DNA of 64,000 nt from Ginglymostoma cirratum (lineage: Eukaryota). Every line of letters starts with the position of its first letter. The first letter of the stretch is position 1. Below, piece by piece: positions 39,116 through 52,135 of this stretch. The position numbers and the translations under genes were made by a program. The stretch lies in contig JAHRHZ010000059.1 in the NCBI GenBank assembly GCA_024137785.1, positions 26,378,559 through 26,442,558 of the forward strand, given 5' to 3'. The notes beneath the pieces are model-generated. The model worked only from the letters and a program-made list of their open reading frames with translations, made no database searches and was not told the origin of the DNA.

Positions 39116-40009
39116 TTTAAAAATGAGGACAGTATTTTGACCAGTCACAGCAGGCTTGTGTCTTCAACAATAGGGCACAGTTTAGATCCACTGTAAAAAA
39201 AATGATCCACACCCCAACCCTTTAAGGTTAATCACAATCTGTAAAGCTCAATGCAGGAAAGTCTTAGAATGCTCATCCATCAGGTGTGAGGTACAGCTAA
39301 AAGGTTCAGGAATCCTGACACCGTCCAGATCACCGAAGAGCGCTGCAGCATTTGTGAGACACAGGATACACTGCAGAGTCTTGTCAAAGTTACTTCAAAA
39401 GCAATTCATTACATTGCAATCTGAACCACTGGGAGAAGGACAAATGTAGCAAATCTGTGTCTTCCAATGCACACACTGGAACTGGAATCTATCACTGCTC
39501 TTTCATTTTCGTGGGGCCCGTATTCCAGCATTTTCAATCTGCTACTTACGTTGGTATTCTCCCTTTACAATAGCAAACCTTTCCACCCAAAGGAGCAAAA
39601 TCAAGAAATAATTAACACCCTGTCAAAGGAGGGAACATTAGGACAAGTTACAAGTAAACTTCATTACAATGTTAGTTTTATGAAGACGATTGAAGAAGGA
39701 GAAACAGATGGAAAGTCAAAAGAGGGTTAAATTCTGTACAGTCAATGATTTAGGGAGGTGAAGGTGAGGAGCAGATATGAGTGCTCAATGCATTTCATAC
39801 CATCAGGGAGTACTATCAGCTCAGGGAGTCATCAGTTCCAGGAAATGTACTATCAGTATCTTCATAGGGTAACCAGATTGGTGACAAATTCTAGTTTTAT
39901 TTTTGCTGACTTGAGCCTGAAAATGAACAAGGAAACCAAATGCAGCAGTGATTGTCAAATTACTGCGGTACAACAATGACATTTGATTCCACTGGGCAGT
40001 ATCCAACCT

Positions 40010-40355
40010 AGAAACCTATAAAGTTCAAACAGGACTAGACAGGTTTGATGCAGGAAGGATGTTCCTGATGGCTGGGGATGTGCAGAATCTGCTTTAAGGA
40101 TAATGGGTAAACCTTTTAGGTCTGAGACGAGAACTTCCTTCACCCAGAAAGTGGTGAGGCTATGGAATTCAATACCACTGCAAGTGATTGAAGATTAAAC
40201 ATTATGTGTTTTCATGAAGGAGGTAGATATAACTCTTATAGTTAAAGGGATCAAGGGATAGGAAAGGAGATCAATCATCAGCCATGATCATGGTGAATGG
40301 CATAGCTTGAGGGATTGAATGGCCTGCTCTTGTTCCTATCTTCCATGTTTCTACC
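40010..40355 (+). mobile_element. CR1 LINE 3' fragment
   Basis: TTCACCCAGAAAGTGGTGAGGCTATGGAATTC ... GAATGGCCTGCTCTTGTTCCTAT. Confidence 0.7.
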
Positions 40356-42659
40356 TTTCATTCATCCACCTCACAGAATCCATAAAACAGTGGAGAGGCT
40401 TCCCACCACTGAAAGCAAAAAGGCATTTTCATTCTCCTGATTAATTGTCACTTTCTGTGGGAGCCATTAATGTGGTGAAAAATCATGCTTTCTTTCCCAA
40501 AACATTTATTTGCTACTTATCTTGATTGTAGGTGAAAGCTGCTGGTAAGAACAGTAAACAGTGTTTACTTAACGTCTACACTCTTCAATTATATGGTCTG
40601 TATTTTGAAGAAAAGGAACAACTGTTTGACTTCAATGGATTTTCCTTATTTTCCTGTGAAAACAACCTCCGCATTGACAAAGCAAAGTAATAGGTTAAAA
40701 GGCAAGTTCCAAAGTTACAGAAATACAAGAACAAAGCACAAGAATTTCATCAATGTTAAGTGAATCTGGATACAGATTAACGTTTTGAATTTAAGCTATT
40801 AAAATGTTGCTGTTAATTACTATTTATGCATAAATGGATAAATCCCTTCCCGCTTTTTGAGAAAATAATTATAGCAGCAATGTACATTGCCAGATGCAAC
40901 TATAAAAGCCCAAAGGACAAATTAATATAGCATCATATTACAATGATATTGGGAAAAAAAGTGCATTTATATGGCCCTTTTCACTACCCCAGGATGTCCC
41001 AAAGCATTTTACAACCACTGAGGCAATTTCTAAATTGTAATGACTGTTGTACTGAATTAAATAAATTACTGGCCACTGCAATGAATGGAAGTGTATTGCC
41101 TGTAACTTGGATTGCAAAGATAACATTTTATTGACTGAATGCTACATGAAGAGTGACCTGTATTTACTGTCAGTAGCTAGGAATTCACATAAATGATAAC
41201 AGCAACCATTTCGCTGAAAACGTGGAGTGCACTTGCAGTTCTGTGCTCTACTTGTTGGGAAGGAGGTCTTGATCTCGGAGGGAGTACATATACCAGACTG
41301 ATACCTGGACTTCAATTAAACTACAAGGAGAGATTCCATGAACGAGGGTTGTATTCCTCCCGGAGTAAAGGATTTGATCAAAGTTTTCAAGACAGACAGG
41401 AGGTATTTCCGCTGGCTGGGGGAGGTCGAGAGCGAAGGGACAAATGGTGAAGTCGAGCCATTGCTAGGGGGTGCGTTCCTGAAGAACGTGCAATCGATGA
41501 TTTTCCCAAACAGTGGACATTGCATGTTGTCCACCGGCAGTTACACGCGCAGTGCAGAGCACACTTTTACTCCGGGAAGTAAGTTCCATTCTTTATTTCT
41601 CCTTTAAATCCGCAGATGAGCGAGCTGTACGTGCACAGTCAGTGAAAGGTATACAGGCAATGCTGTGTAAATAAGTGAATCTGTGACAGGTGAGCACACA
41701 AATGGCTGAAAATTTACCGCCATCTAAGACAGACTTTCCAGGAGCGTAACTAGGAACCGGTTCCACACACCGAGACTGAAGTCGAATGTTTGCAATGCAG
41801 GGCTCATACTTGTGGCTGATGGTTAACTTTAAACCTGACATTGATAGATTTTTATGAACCAAAGCTTTTAAGGGATAATTCACAGAACACGAATCCAGAT
41901 CAAGTGATTCAACATTTCATCCTGTTTCTGGGTTCCTAAAGACTTCAGAGTAAACATTGACTTTTGTTTTAAAGATTATTAACTACCACCTTATCTTGTG
42001 TTTAGCATTGTTTAAAGTACAATGTTTGTAATCAATATTATGCATTCACAGAAGACAAAAACACGAAGGGTTATTCTTTTTTTAACCTGTTCAGAGATGA
42101 TATTGCACACCTCCGGGGTAGTTGGGATTTGATACCAGATCTTCAGGCTCAGAGTTAGGGACATTACCAGATATGGATGGGTGTTGCAGCCCCTCTGTCA
42201 GTGGGTTTGAAGGTTGGGGCACGGTTTGGTGTAGGGCTGTAGAATGCAGTGCGTAGTCTGTCCACTGCTGTCCCACCCTCTCTCAACCTCTCTCCAATTT
42301 GATGGTGCGTGGTGGAGGTCCCAAGCTCCACCCCACCCCCTACGCCCCACCCTTGGATGAGAGGCAGCCAGTTAATGGTCACTTAAGTGCCTCATCCGAC
42401 GCCTCACCTCCCATCGCTATTTTACCGTCGCGGTGGGGGTGAAGGGTCGTCTGGAAGAAATGTGGGGCACACTATTGTGAGGGAGAAGGGAGCTGGAGGC
42501 GGGGGAGAAGGGGGCTCCACGCGACACCTGACCCCAAGTTCACTCCCCTTCCTCAGATTGAACTCTCCTTCACTGGCATCTTCAACCTGCTTCCCTGTAT
42601 TTATGAACTTCAGGAGACCATTGGCCTTATTAGCCACTTGGCCAACGTGCCTTGGTAGT

Positions 42660-42785
42660 TCTGGAGAAGGGTCCAGACGCTTTCATCAGCTTTCCTGCTC
42701 CTCTGATGCTGCCTGACCTGCTGTGTTCATCCAGCTCCACACTGTATTATCTCAGACTCCAGCATCTGCAGTTCCGACTGTCGCC
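42660..42785 (+). mobile_element. Single-arm copy of the fold-back family, copy G
   Basis: CTGGAGAAGGGTCCAGAC... through ...CTCCAGCATCTGCAGTTCC; same arm sequence as the other copies. Confidence 0.65.
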
Positions 42786-42931
42786 TGGGTAGTCTGTTAG
42801 TTGAGTGTGAGCTCATGTACTGCTAGCCCGCACAGAATTGTAAGCTTTACTTCACAAAGATTTAACCGCTAATGGAGGTCAAAACCGAAAGAACTGCGGG
42901 TGCTGTAAATCAGGACGCTTCCTCACTAATA

Positions 42932-43545
42932 GAGATAACAAGCATGGGGCTGGATGAACACAACAGGTCAAGCAGCATCATAGGAGCAGGAAAACTTTTT
43001 CCGAGATAACAAGCATGGGGCTGGATGAACACAGCAGCTCCTATGATGCTGCTTGACCTGCTGTGTTCATCCAGCCCCATGCTNNNNNNNNNNNNNNNNN
43101 NNNNNNNNNNNNNNNNNNNNNNNNNNNNNNNNNNNNNNNNNNNNNNNNNNNNNNNNNNNNNNNNNNNNNNNNNNNNNNNNNNNNNNNNNNNNNNNNNNNN
43201 NNNNNNNNNNNNNNNNNNNNNNNNNNNNNNNNNNNNNNNNNNNNNNNNNNNNNNNNNNNNNNNNNNNNNNNNNNNNNNNNNNNNNNNNNNNNNNNNNNNN
43301 NNNNNNNNNNNNNNNNNNNNNNNNNNNNNNNNNNNNNNNNNNNNNNNNNNNNNNNNNNNNNNNNNNNNNNNNNNNNNNNNNNNNNNNNNNNNNNNNNNNN
43401 NNNNNNNNNNNNNNNNNNNNNNNNNNNNNNNNNNNNNNNNNNNNNNNNNNNNNNNNNNNNNNNNNNNNNNNNNNNNNNNNNNNTGTGTTCATCCAGCCCC
43501 ATGCTTGTTATCTCGGATTCTCCAGCATCTGCAGTACCTTCTATC
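42932..43545 (+). mobile_element. Fold-back Penelope-like element, copy B (400-N gap at 43084-43483)
   Basis: Arms nearly identical to copy A. Direct repeat TCCTCACTAATAGAGAT at 42920-42936 and 43546-43562, partly overlapping the element ends. Confidence 0.75.
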
Positions 43546-43614
43546 TCCTCACTAATAGAGATCGTTTGGTTAAAAAAAAACTTGCATACGATATTAGTTT
43601 GCCTCAGCCGGAGG

Positions 43615-44163
43615 ATTTTGCCCAGTGCTGCGCCCCGCTCTTCGGGATACATGTGAAGGGATTGGAGGGGAAGTCAGAAAAGATTTACAAAAATGGATGA
43701 GGAATTTCAGAGAGGAGAAAAGACTGGAGAAGTTGGGAGAAGAGAAGGCTAAGGGGAGCAAATTACTGCAGATGCTAGAATCTGTACTGAAAACAACAAA
43801 TGCTGGAGATCATAACAGCATCCGTGGAGAGAGAGCAAGCTAACCTTTCGAGACTCGAAACGTTAGCTTGCTGTCTCTCCACGGATGCTGCCTGACTCGC
43901 TGTGATCTCCAGCATTTGTCGTTTTCAGGCTAAGGGGAGATCGCATGGAGGTATTCAAAATCATGAGATGTCTGGATAGAGTAGGGAGGGAGAGACTCTT
44001 CCTCCTGACATAAAGATTGAGTTTGAGAGTGCGCAGATTTAAAGAAATCAGTGAAAGAAGCGAAGAGGATATATGGAAAATGTTTTTCGCACAATTTGTG
44101 GTTAGGATCTGCCGGAGAGTGTGATGGAAACAGACTCGAATAAGGCTTTGAAAAGGACATTGG
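43615..44163 (+). mobile_element. CR1 LINE 3' fragment interrupted by fold-back copy F
   Basis: The ORF2 C-terminal sequence is continuous once 43759-43939 is removed. Confidence 0.7.
43759..43926 (-). mobile_element. Fold-back element, copy F, inserted into a CR1 fragment
   Basis: Long internal inverted repeat centred near 43851; 13-bp TSD AGGCTAAGGGGAG at 43746-43758 and 43927-43939. Confidence 0.75.
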
Positions 44164-44164
44164 A

Positions 44165-44458
44165 TGCCACAGTGGTTCGCACTGCTGCCTGACAGCGCCA
44201 GGGACCCGGGTTTGATTCCACCCTCGGGCGACTGTCTGTGAGGAGTTTGCACATTCTCTCCATGTCTGTGTGGGTTTCCTCCAGGTGCTCCGTTTTCCTC
44301 CCACAGTCCAAAGATGTGCAGGTTAGGAGGATTGGCCATGCTAAATTGCCCATAGTGTTCAGGAACGTGTAGATTATAGGGTGATGGGTCTGGGTGGGAT
44401 GCTTCGACAGTCGATGTGGACCCTTCGGCCTGTCTTCATGCAGTAGGGATTTTATGAT
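44165..44458 (+). mobile_element. HE1-type V-SINE
   Basis: Same head, V-domain and tail as 8375-8693. Confidence 0.85.
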
Positions 44459-45519
44459 TGAAGCATAGAGAGGGAAAAATACTCCCCTACTGTAACAATC
44501 CTGTGACTAAACCTTTCCTGCACAATGTGGCCTTGAGTCAATTCTCACTTGCCTGCCAAAGAAGTTTGCCACTTTGACAATAGCTGAGAATCCGTGCTTT
44601 TGCGAGTTGTTTTGAGACACCAGTTCCTTTGATCTGCACAGAAAACTAGAAAGTGCGGAGCATTAACAATCCTCCGATCGAATCATAACAGGCGAGGGGA
44701 GGAAACAGGGCATTGCCACAGGAGCTATTATTTCAGGTGTGTTAATGGGATTAAAGCAGTGTGAAAAATCCAAGGGTTAGTGTGATTCTATCCTTCAGGT
44801 ACCAGCAGCATTTGTTGCCTGCAACGCACGAATGTAGCCTAGAGGTGAAAACTGAACGTCGCGATTGTAATGCATTGGGAGCAGAGCTGCCAGCAAGCAG
44901 GAGAGAGAGAGAGAGAGTGTCACAGGCAGGCCAATTGTGAAATGCTGGGGCAAGTCTCACACCTCCGGACGTCCTGTTAATTGATCATCACAGAAGAAGC
45001 AGAGAGAGAGAGAGATACAGAGTGAGAAAAAGGAGCATGTGTGTGGGTGTGAAAAAATGTATTTGCTACCAAGATGAGATAACGGGGACGTAAGCAACAA
45101 TGACACTTTTTCACAATGCAATCAAATGTAATCACAGCCGGTCTTTGCATTTACAGGTTTGCTTTGAACCTAGCCTCAGGTACTCTTTTCAAACACGCGA
45201 GGTAAGATTAGGGGTTTTACCTCTCTCGGGCTCCAGGCAACATGCATTTTCTTTTTCAAAAACATCTCCATTTAGCAACTAAAAATGAATTCCATCTCAA
45301 CTGAAACAGGAGTTTATTAACTTATATCTAGAGCCAGGTACTGCATGAACGGGTCTTTTCTCTGTCTGTAATTTCCAACGGCTGTACAAACATCAAGATT
45401 CGGTATAATCTCCCGACTCTACCCCCATCTCAATTCATCTGCTGCTGAACCCACCGCTCTTGCCTTTGACACCTCCTCTCCTCCCTAGCCTCCCATCTCC
45501 CATCCTTCTTTTAAAAAAT

Positions 45520-45845
45520 CGTTCACAGGATGAGTGCATCACTGGCCAGGCAGCATTTATTGCCCATCACTAATTGCCCAGGGGGCAGTTAAGTGTCAAT
45601 CACATTGCTGTGGGTCTGGAGTCACAGACCAGGTAAGGATGGCAGTTTCCTTCAATAAAGGATATTAATGAGCCAGTTGGGTTCTTCTGACAATTGGCAA
45701 TGGACTCATGGTCAACATTGGACTCTTAATCTCGGATCTTTTTTGAAAATTCAAATTTTACTGCTTGCTTAGGGGGATTCGAACACGGGACCCCAGAACA
45801 TTACCTGGGTCTCTGGATTAACAGACCAGCAACAATACCAGTAGG
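45520..45845 (-). mobile_element. SINE with Zenon-like LINE tail, nested in an L2-like fragment (about 45400-46310)
   Basis: CAGCATTTATTGCCCATC...GAACACGGGACCCCAGAACATTACCTGGG; related copies at 54985-55260 (-) and 55700-56020 (+). Confidence 0.6.
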
Positions 45846-46616
45846 CCTCAGTAAATTTGAGATTACACAAAAAACTCTTGGTACCTACGTGGCATTATTT
45901 CACATTCGTCTGTTACTCCCCACTGTGCTTGCTGACCAACATTGGCTCCCAGTCCAGCAATGGCTCCATTTGAAGATTCTAACCTTTCCATAGCCTCATC
46001 CTCCCCAACTCTGTAACCTCCTCCAGCTCCACAACTCTCCAACATTGCTGCATCCCTCCAATCCTGAACTCTTGCGTGCCTCTGAATTGTACCTTATGGC
46101 CACATGTTCTGATTGTCTAGGCCCTAAGCTTTCGGAATTCCCTCCCAAAGCCTTTCTCCCTCCTTTACGATATTGCTTTAAATACCCCGACACACCTGCC
46201 CCCAATATCTGCTTAAGAAGCTCATTGTCAAATTTTGTCTGATGGTCACTACTCTCAAGTGCCTTGGGATCTTTCACCGTGTTAAAGGTGACATACAAAT
46301 ACAGGTTGTTGTTGCTGTTCAAGTGACCCACTAGCCATATTTATGGCACTCAGTCCTCAATTTAGAAACAAGGCTGGGTATATTTAAATCGCTGACGAGA
46401 GTTAGCACCAGGAGCTTCTAAACCAAATCCATGCTTAGCTGAACTAAACTCTGCAAGCTGATGCACACTTCTTTCAAATTCTTTCTTCCTGGTACAATTA
46501 CCACGCCCGCACATCAACAAAATTAGTTTCGAATGTTTCAGTCAAGCTGGGAGCTGTTGTTTGTCCTATTCACAGATATACTCTTAACAAGAACACAACC
46601 AGCAATAATATAGGGT

Positions 46617-46750
46617 AAGAGATAATAAAGTGTAGAGCTGGATGAACACAGCAGGCCAAGCAGCACCAGAGGAGCAGGAAAGGTGACGTTTCGGGCCTAG
46701 ACCCTTCTTCAGAATTCTCCAGCATCTGCAGTTCCTACTATCTCTGAAAC
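46617..46750 (+). mobile_element. Fold-back family copy C (inverted arm joined directly to the 3' tail)
   Basis: TSD AATATAGGGT at 46607-46616 and 46751-46760; contains an intact hammerhead core on the minus strand. Confidence 0.75.
46685..46712 (-). ncRNA. Minimal hammerhead ribozyme core (Penelope type)
   Basis: CUGAAGA-A-GGGUCUAGGCCC-GAAA-CGUC: conserved boxes, helix II, palindromic ACGU helix III and GUC cleavage triplet. Helix I is poor in this copy. Confidence 0.6.
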
Positions 46751-48349
46751 AATATAGGGTGACTGCCCAGTGCACAGTCTGCCGCACCCGTGAGGCTGGG
46801 AACTAGTGAGGGAATAGGCATCAGTTTCTTTCTGAGTCTGATTTAGATCACTGTGATTTGCAGCTGTTTTAAAACTGGTAGCATGAGGTGTCCCTTTTAA
46901 TGCAGCAAGAGTAAACAAACTTATGGCATTTACACAGTGCATTTTAATGAGGAACAGCTGCAAACTCGATACAAAAACTGAATTAGTCGCTGCTGTGTAA
47001 ATGGGACTTTAATACCCCTATTTAACTGATTAAGTGCTAACTTCCCTAAGGATATAACCTCACTTTAATAGTTGTGGGACATTCTTCAAGGTAACCGAAT
47101 TTGTCAAAAAAAATTGATGTGGAGGAAAATAATGTTTCCATTCATTCATTCATCCACAATAGGGCAAATCTTTTGAATAAAAGGAATGTAAAATTTCACC
47201 TTCTTAAGACCAGCTACAAAGATTTGCTATTAATTTTAGCTTGCTTCATTCTTGTTGTTGAAGACTTTTGATGTAAAAGGCAAGATTTGAATTACAAGTT
47301 GGCTTTAAGGAGGTTAGTGAGTCTGATCGTGCGAAAGGTGGACAAGTATGGCAGAGGTACATACTATAACTAAGAATGCACTGACAATTCTGCAAGGCAG
47401 GTAGAACAATCGGATATCTGCATATTCTTTTAATAGTCTTGTGCTAGCCTTACAAGAATGCTTTCCTGATGCAGTGATAACTTCAGACTGGACAACTACC
47501 AATAGCCTAGGCAGGCACATCTCTAAAGCCTTTGATATCCATTGCATTTCTTCTAAATTAGAGGTTCTAGCTTAATTTTCCCTTTATTTTAAATCTCAGA
47601 GCAACAGCAAAGATGTGCATTTACACAGCACCTTTAGCACAGCAGAATGTTAGCATGGTCCCATTAATTATCAAACAGAATTTGGGAGCAAGCCACACAC
47701 AAGGAGTTCTTAAGGCAGGTCAGCAAAAGGTTGATCAAACAGGGTAGGTTTCTAGGAGGCACTTAAATGAAAGCGGTTTATGGAGGGAATTCCAATGCTC
47801 AGTTTTGGGGGACTGGGTTTGGAGGGGATCAGCCCAATGTTTAAGTGTGTAAAACACTGGCATGTGCAAGAGCCTTGGTGCCACAGATGGTAGGCACCTT
47901 CTCACTGAAGTTGACAATCAGTGGTAAATCAATTTGTGGATTCATTCATAGAATTGCAAAAGGCTTGACAGTGAGATTGATCCTTTCCCCTCTGAGTTTT
48001 ATGTAGAACTTGTGCCTTCCTGTTTGGCTCATTATGCATCAATCTGAAGCATAAATTCTGATCTGAATTTTTCTTCTTAGCACGCGCACAGTGGTACCAG
48101 GTTTTAACCCTTGCACATCCATCATTGAATGATCAAGTGGAGCTGAGGGAAGTGAGTAAAGATCAGTTTGTGGTTTACTTGGTCAAACCACAAACCACTG
48201 TCACCAAGTGAGATGCAGAGGAAGCAGATTCTTTTATTTCCGAGATTCTTCCTCCCTTGCAGTGACTGCTGCAATATTTCCATTGCTTTTGTTAGCTTAG
48301 TAAAGTTGGAAACACATTTGTTGTACTCGCATTTGCAACTTCATTATCG

Positions 48350-48720
48350 CAATCAACATTGTGGGGGCTACCATTGACAGAAACTGAACTGGCTATAAGA
48401 CCAGGCCAGAGGCTAGGAATACTGCAGCAAGTAATTCACCTCCAGGCTCTCCAAAGCCTGTCCACCATCTACAAGGCACAAGTCAGGAGTGTGATGGAAT
48501 ACTCTCCACTTGCCCGGTTGGATACTGGAACTCTATCTCTGTTCCTTCGGTTCGTTGCATCAAATCCTCGAACTCCCACCCTAAGAGAATTGTGGGTGCT
48601 CTACTCCTCAAGCACGGCAGTGTTCTAAGAAGGCAGCTCTCCACTACATTCTCCTGGGCAGTTGCAGATGGACAAAAGTGCCAGCCCAGCCATGTACACC
48701 CACATCCTGTGAACAGACAT
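48350..48720 (+). mobile_element. CR1-clade (Zenon-like) LINE fragment
   Basis: Translates to LSTIYKAQVRSVMEYSPLA and carries the family 3' tail. Confidence 0.75.
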
Positions 48721-50224
48721 TTTAAAAAATTACAAATAGTCAAGGATGGAATATTTCTTAAGTGTCAACCATTTTTCAAAGAGACAGCAGTGATGAATGT
48801 ATGAAGTAGAATCATAGAATTTTACGGTACAGAAGGAGTCCATTCAGCCCCTCATGCCTATGCAAGCTTCCAAAAGAGCCCACCAGCTAGTCCCATTCTA
48901 CAGTGTTATCTCCATAGCCCCCTCTAAATTTGTCACTTTCAGCATTTTGTCATTTATTTCAAAGAAAGTTCTATTTAACCCCCAACCTCTGTTCTGTGCA
49001 CAAATTTATTTGTTGGGGCTTGCCAGATATAAACGAAAGTTTAGAAAATTAAAAAAGTACAAAATAATGACGATAATACCCTGAAATTAAAAGAGTGATT
49101 GAAACAAAAACAAGAGTCCCTCATGAGAACAAAGAAGCAATAATATTTTAACTGAACAATGCATTGTCATGGATTTACATAACATTATATGATAGCCACC
49201 ACATACTTTTGGGGGAAAGAATTAAGAACAGCTACAATTAAAGGAAAAAAAATGAAATGACTTGATTTTGATTAAAAAGGAAGCTAGATTGAACTCCACT
49301 GAGCATATTAGGCAAACAAGCTGCTCGATTGTAAACTTTTTATTTTTCTTTTCAAATTTTCCAGGATTTTGCCCCTCATCTCTGTAAGCTCCTTCAGTCT
49401 TATGCCCCTCTGGGATACTGGTGCTCCTTTAATTTTGACCTCATGTTGCTGTTGTCTATCTATCTCCTGTTCTTGTTTCTGAAGATTGGGACATGGACTT
49501 CTATTGGATTAATCCATACTTCCAGAAAAAGCTCAGCCGTGGTTTGTCATGACCTTCGGCAGGACAACTGATCAGGAGACTCTCCCGTTTTTACTGCCTA
49601 GTGTTAGGGAAATTGGAAGAATTTACAAGCTGACTGCCAAATTGTTTAGTCACATTATAAACACAGCTCCTACCACCCACCCCCCGAACCCCACCCCCGG
49701 GGGGTAATTGTGGCAGGAAACCTCACAGTCTTTAAAACCTATTCGGGTGAACACTTCAAACGTCATAACATTCAAGGCTATGGAGAAAATGCTGGAAAGC
49801 AGGACTCATGTAGATTTAGTCTCTTTTTTGGTACAGATTTCATGGGCCAAAAGGCCTTCTCTATTCTGTATGATTTTCTATGATGACCAAGTCCTGAAGT
49901 GGGACTTGTACCTAAACGTTTGGAGCAGGGATTGGGATGTTAGCCAATGCATCACAAGTCCCCTCCCTCTTATATTTATGCAGAATAGAATGATTCAATG
50001 CACCTTTGACAGTTCCCTGGTTCCTGAACTCTGGAATTCCCTTTCTATCTGGCTCAAGACCCATTTGCTCTAGTGGTGGGTAGTAGCATTTCTGAAGAGG
50101 TTGAACTGAAAAATATCTCCCTCTTTATCCTTCTCCATCTCTCTATCACCCTGTGCAGTGAGGCACTTTTACATTGTTCATTGGGATTGGATTTCACTCA
50201 AAAGCTACTAAAATTATATCATCT

Positions 50225-50670
50225 TTACCAGACCATAGCGCTGCTCTCTCCGTAGAAAAAAGACAACTATGTAGTGATTATAATGAATTCAGCCAGGTGA
50301 ATCTTATAAAATATGAGTTCCCTGATTGTGTCTGTTAACCTGGTCCGATCAGGGAGCCCTGGCTGACAGATATAAGCAGGAGTGCCAGGGGTTCTGTTCA
50401 CTCTAAGAGTCAGCTCTAAGCTAGCTGGGTCAGTGTCACGTACTATACACATGTAAATAAAGGGTGACTTGCTGATGGGATACCAGTCTTTGTGGAGCTA
50501 TTTCAGACTGGTGGTGGTTTAGTCTGAGGGTCACCACACCTCAGGTGAGGTAGAGTTTGAGAAGGAGAGTCCTTCATGGTAACCTCAGCTGATGTGGGAA
50601 TTGAACATGTGCTGTTGGCTTAACTCTACACTGTAGACCAAAGTTACAGCGAGCTGAGCTAACTGACACC
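50225..50670 (-). mobile_element. tRNA-derived SINE (same family as 3745-3955), interrupted by a solo LTR
   Basis: Shares GAGAAGGAGAGTCCTTCATGGTAACCTCAGCTG with 3745-3955; split at 50270-50505. Confidence 0.7.
50270..50505 (+). mobile_element. Short solo LTR
   Basis: TG...CA ends, TATA-like GATATAAG, AATAAA, degenerate 5-bp TSD; second copy at 5763-5990. Confidence 0.7.
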
Positions 50671-51434
50671 CAAATGCACAGTACAAAGGTGATTTTCTAA
50701 TAAGAGAGTAGTGAAGGCTGCAATAACATTAATGTAGAGTAAAATCCCAATACCAAATTGCCCTCCTAATGCTTTGCCATGTTTTTGCGATTGTGCAAAG
50801 CCATTCGTTATTTCTGAATGTTAGATTTGCTCTAAGTTAACAGAATATCAGTTAACAGCATGAGCTTCATTTGAAACTCCTGGCTGACCCCAATAACATA
50901 ATTTACCTGTAAGAGCTGTGCAAGTGGTTCTGTACTGAACCAAAAATCACATTCTAACTGCAGATTTTTCTGTTAATCTTTTGATTGTTGAAAAAATAGT
51001 CTTCTTGGATATTGCACTTCAGCAAACTATATCTCTTTCCTTCCTTCGCAGCAAAATCTAGAAGAATGTACAGAATTCAGGTTCAAGTCTTTGACATTTT
51101 TAAAATACAGTGACCATCCATTTAAACGTGGTTCAATGTACAGGGATCCCTGAAATGTAAGTGTCCAACGTACAAACTTGTGCTGATGAACAAGATCCCA
51201 TATTAATGTTAATTTTAAGGATCAGACATGTGAGTGTTTTCTTCTACATAGGGATGGATATTTTATATCATACTGCACGGTGTTCCCACTTGTGGATAAA
51301 TCAATTTACAAACGTACTCATTCAGGAATGGAACCTGCTTGTAACCAGAGGACTGCCTGTGACTGTGAAATCATTCAAAGCGAGGGAATCTTATGTCTCC
51401 CAGACTAGATAACTTCTTTTAAAATCCTCAAAAG

Positions 51435-52135
51435 AACGAAGAACAATACAGCACAGGAATAGGCCCTTCGGCCCTCCAAGCCTGCGCTGACACATTTTGC
51501 CCTTCCATACTAAAACTGTCGTCACTTACAGGATCCGTATCCCTCAATTCCCTTCCTGTTCACGTATTTGTCCAGATGCTTCTTGAATGTTGCTATTGTG
51601 TCTGCTTCCACTACCTCCTCTGCAATGTGTTCCAAGCACTCACCATTAATTCGGCACCTTTCCCTGTCCCGGTAATTATTGTAGGGCCTACAGTGGAAGT
51701 CCATTACTAAGCAGAGAAAACCATAAAACCTAGGAGCAGAACTAGGCCATTCAGCCTATAGTGTCTACTCTGCCATTCAGTGAGATCATGGCCGATCTGA
51801 TAATCCTCAACCCCACTGCCCTATCTATTCACCATAATCCTTGATCCCTTCCTAAATAAAAATCTCTTTATCTCAGCCTTGTACATATTTACTAAAAAAT
51901 AAAAACACTGGACTCCTATTTTCTCCCGTTGTTAACCAGTGATCACACAGAGATGAGGGGCTTCCTTACTTTCCTGATGTAAGTTTATAAGATTGTGAAC
52001 GGCATGGATAGAGTGGAAAGTATGAGGCTTTTTCCCAGGGTGAAGAGGTCAATTAGTAGGGGACACAGGCTCAGGGTGAGAGGGGTGAAGTTTAAAAGAG
52101 ATGTGCAAGGCGTGTTTTTCACACAAAGGGTTGGA
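51435..52135. mobile_element. Cluster of three CR1 3' fragments (51435-51650 -, 51720-51890 -, 51980-52135 +)
   Basis: EEVVEADTIATFKKHLDKY C-terminal peptide and typical 3' UTR tails. Confidence 0.7.
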
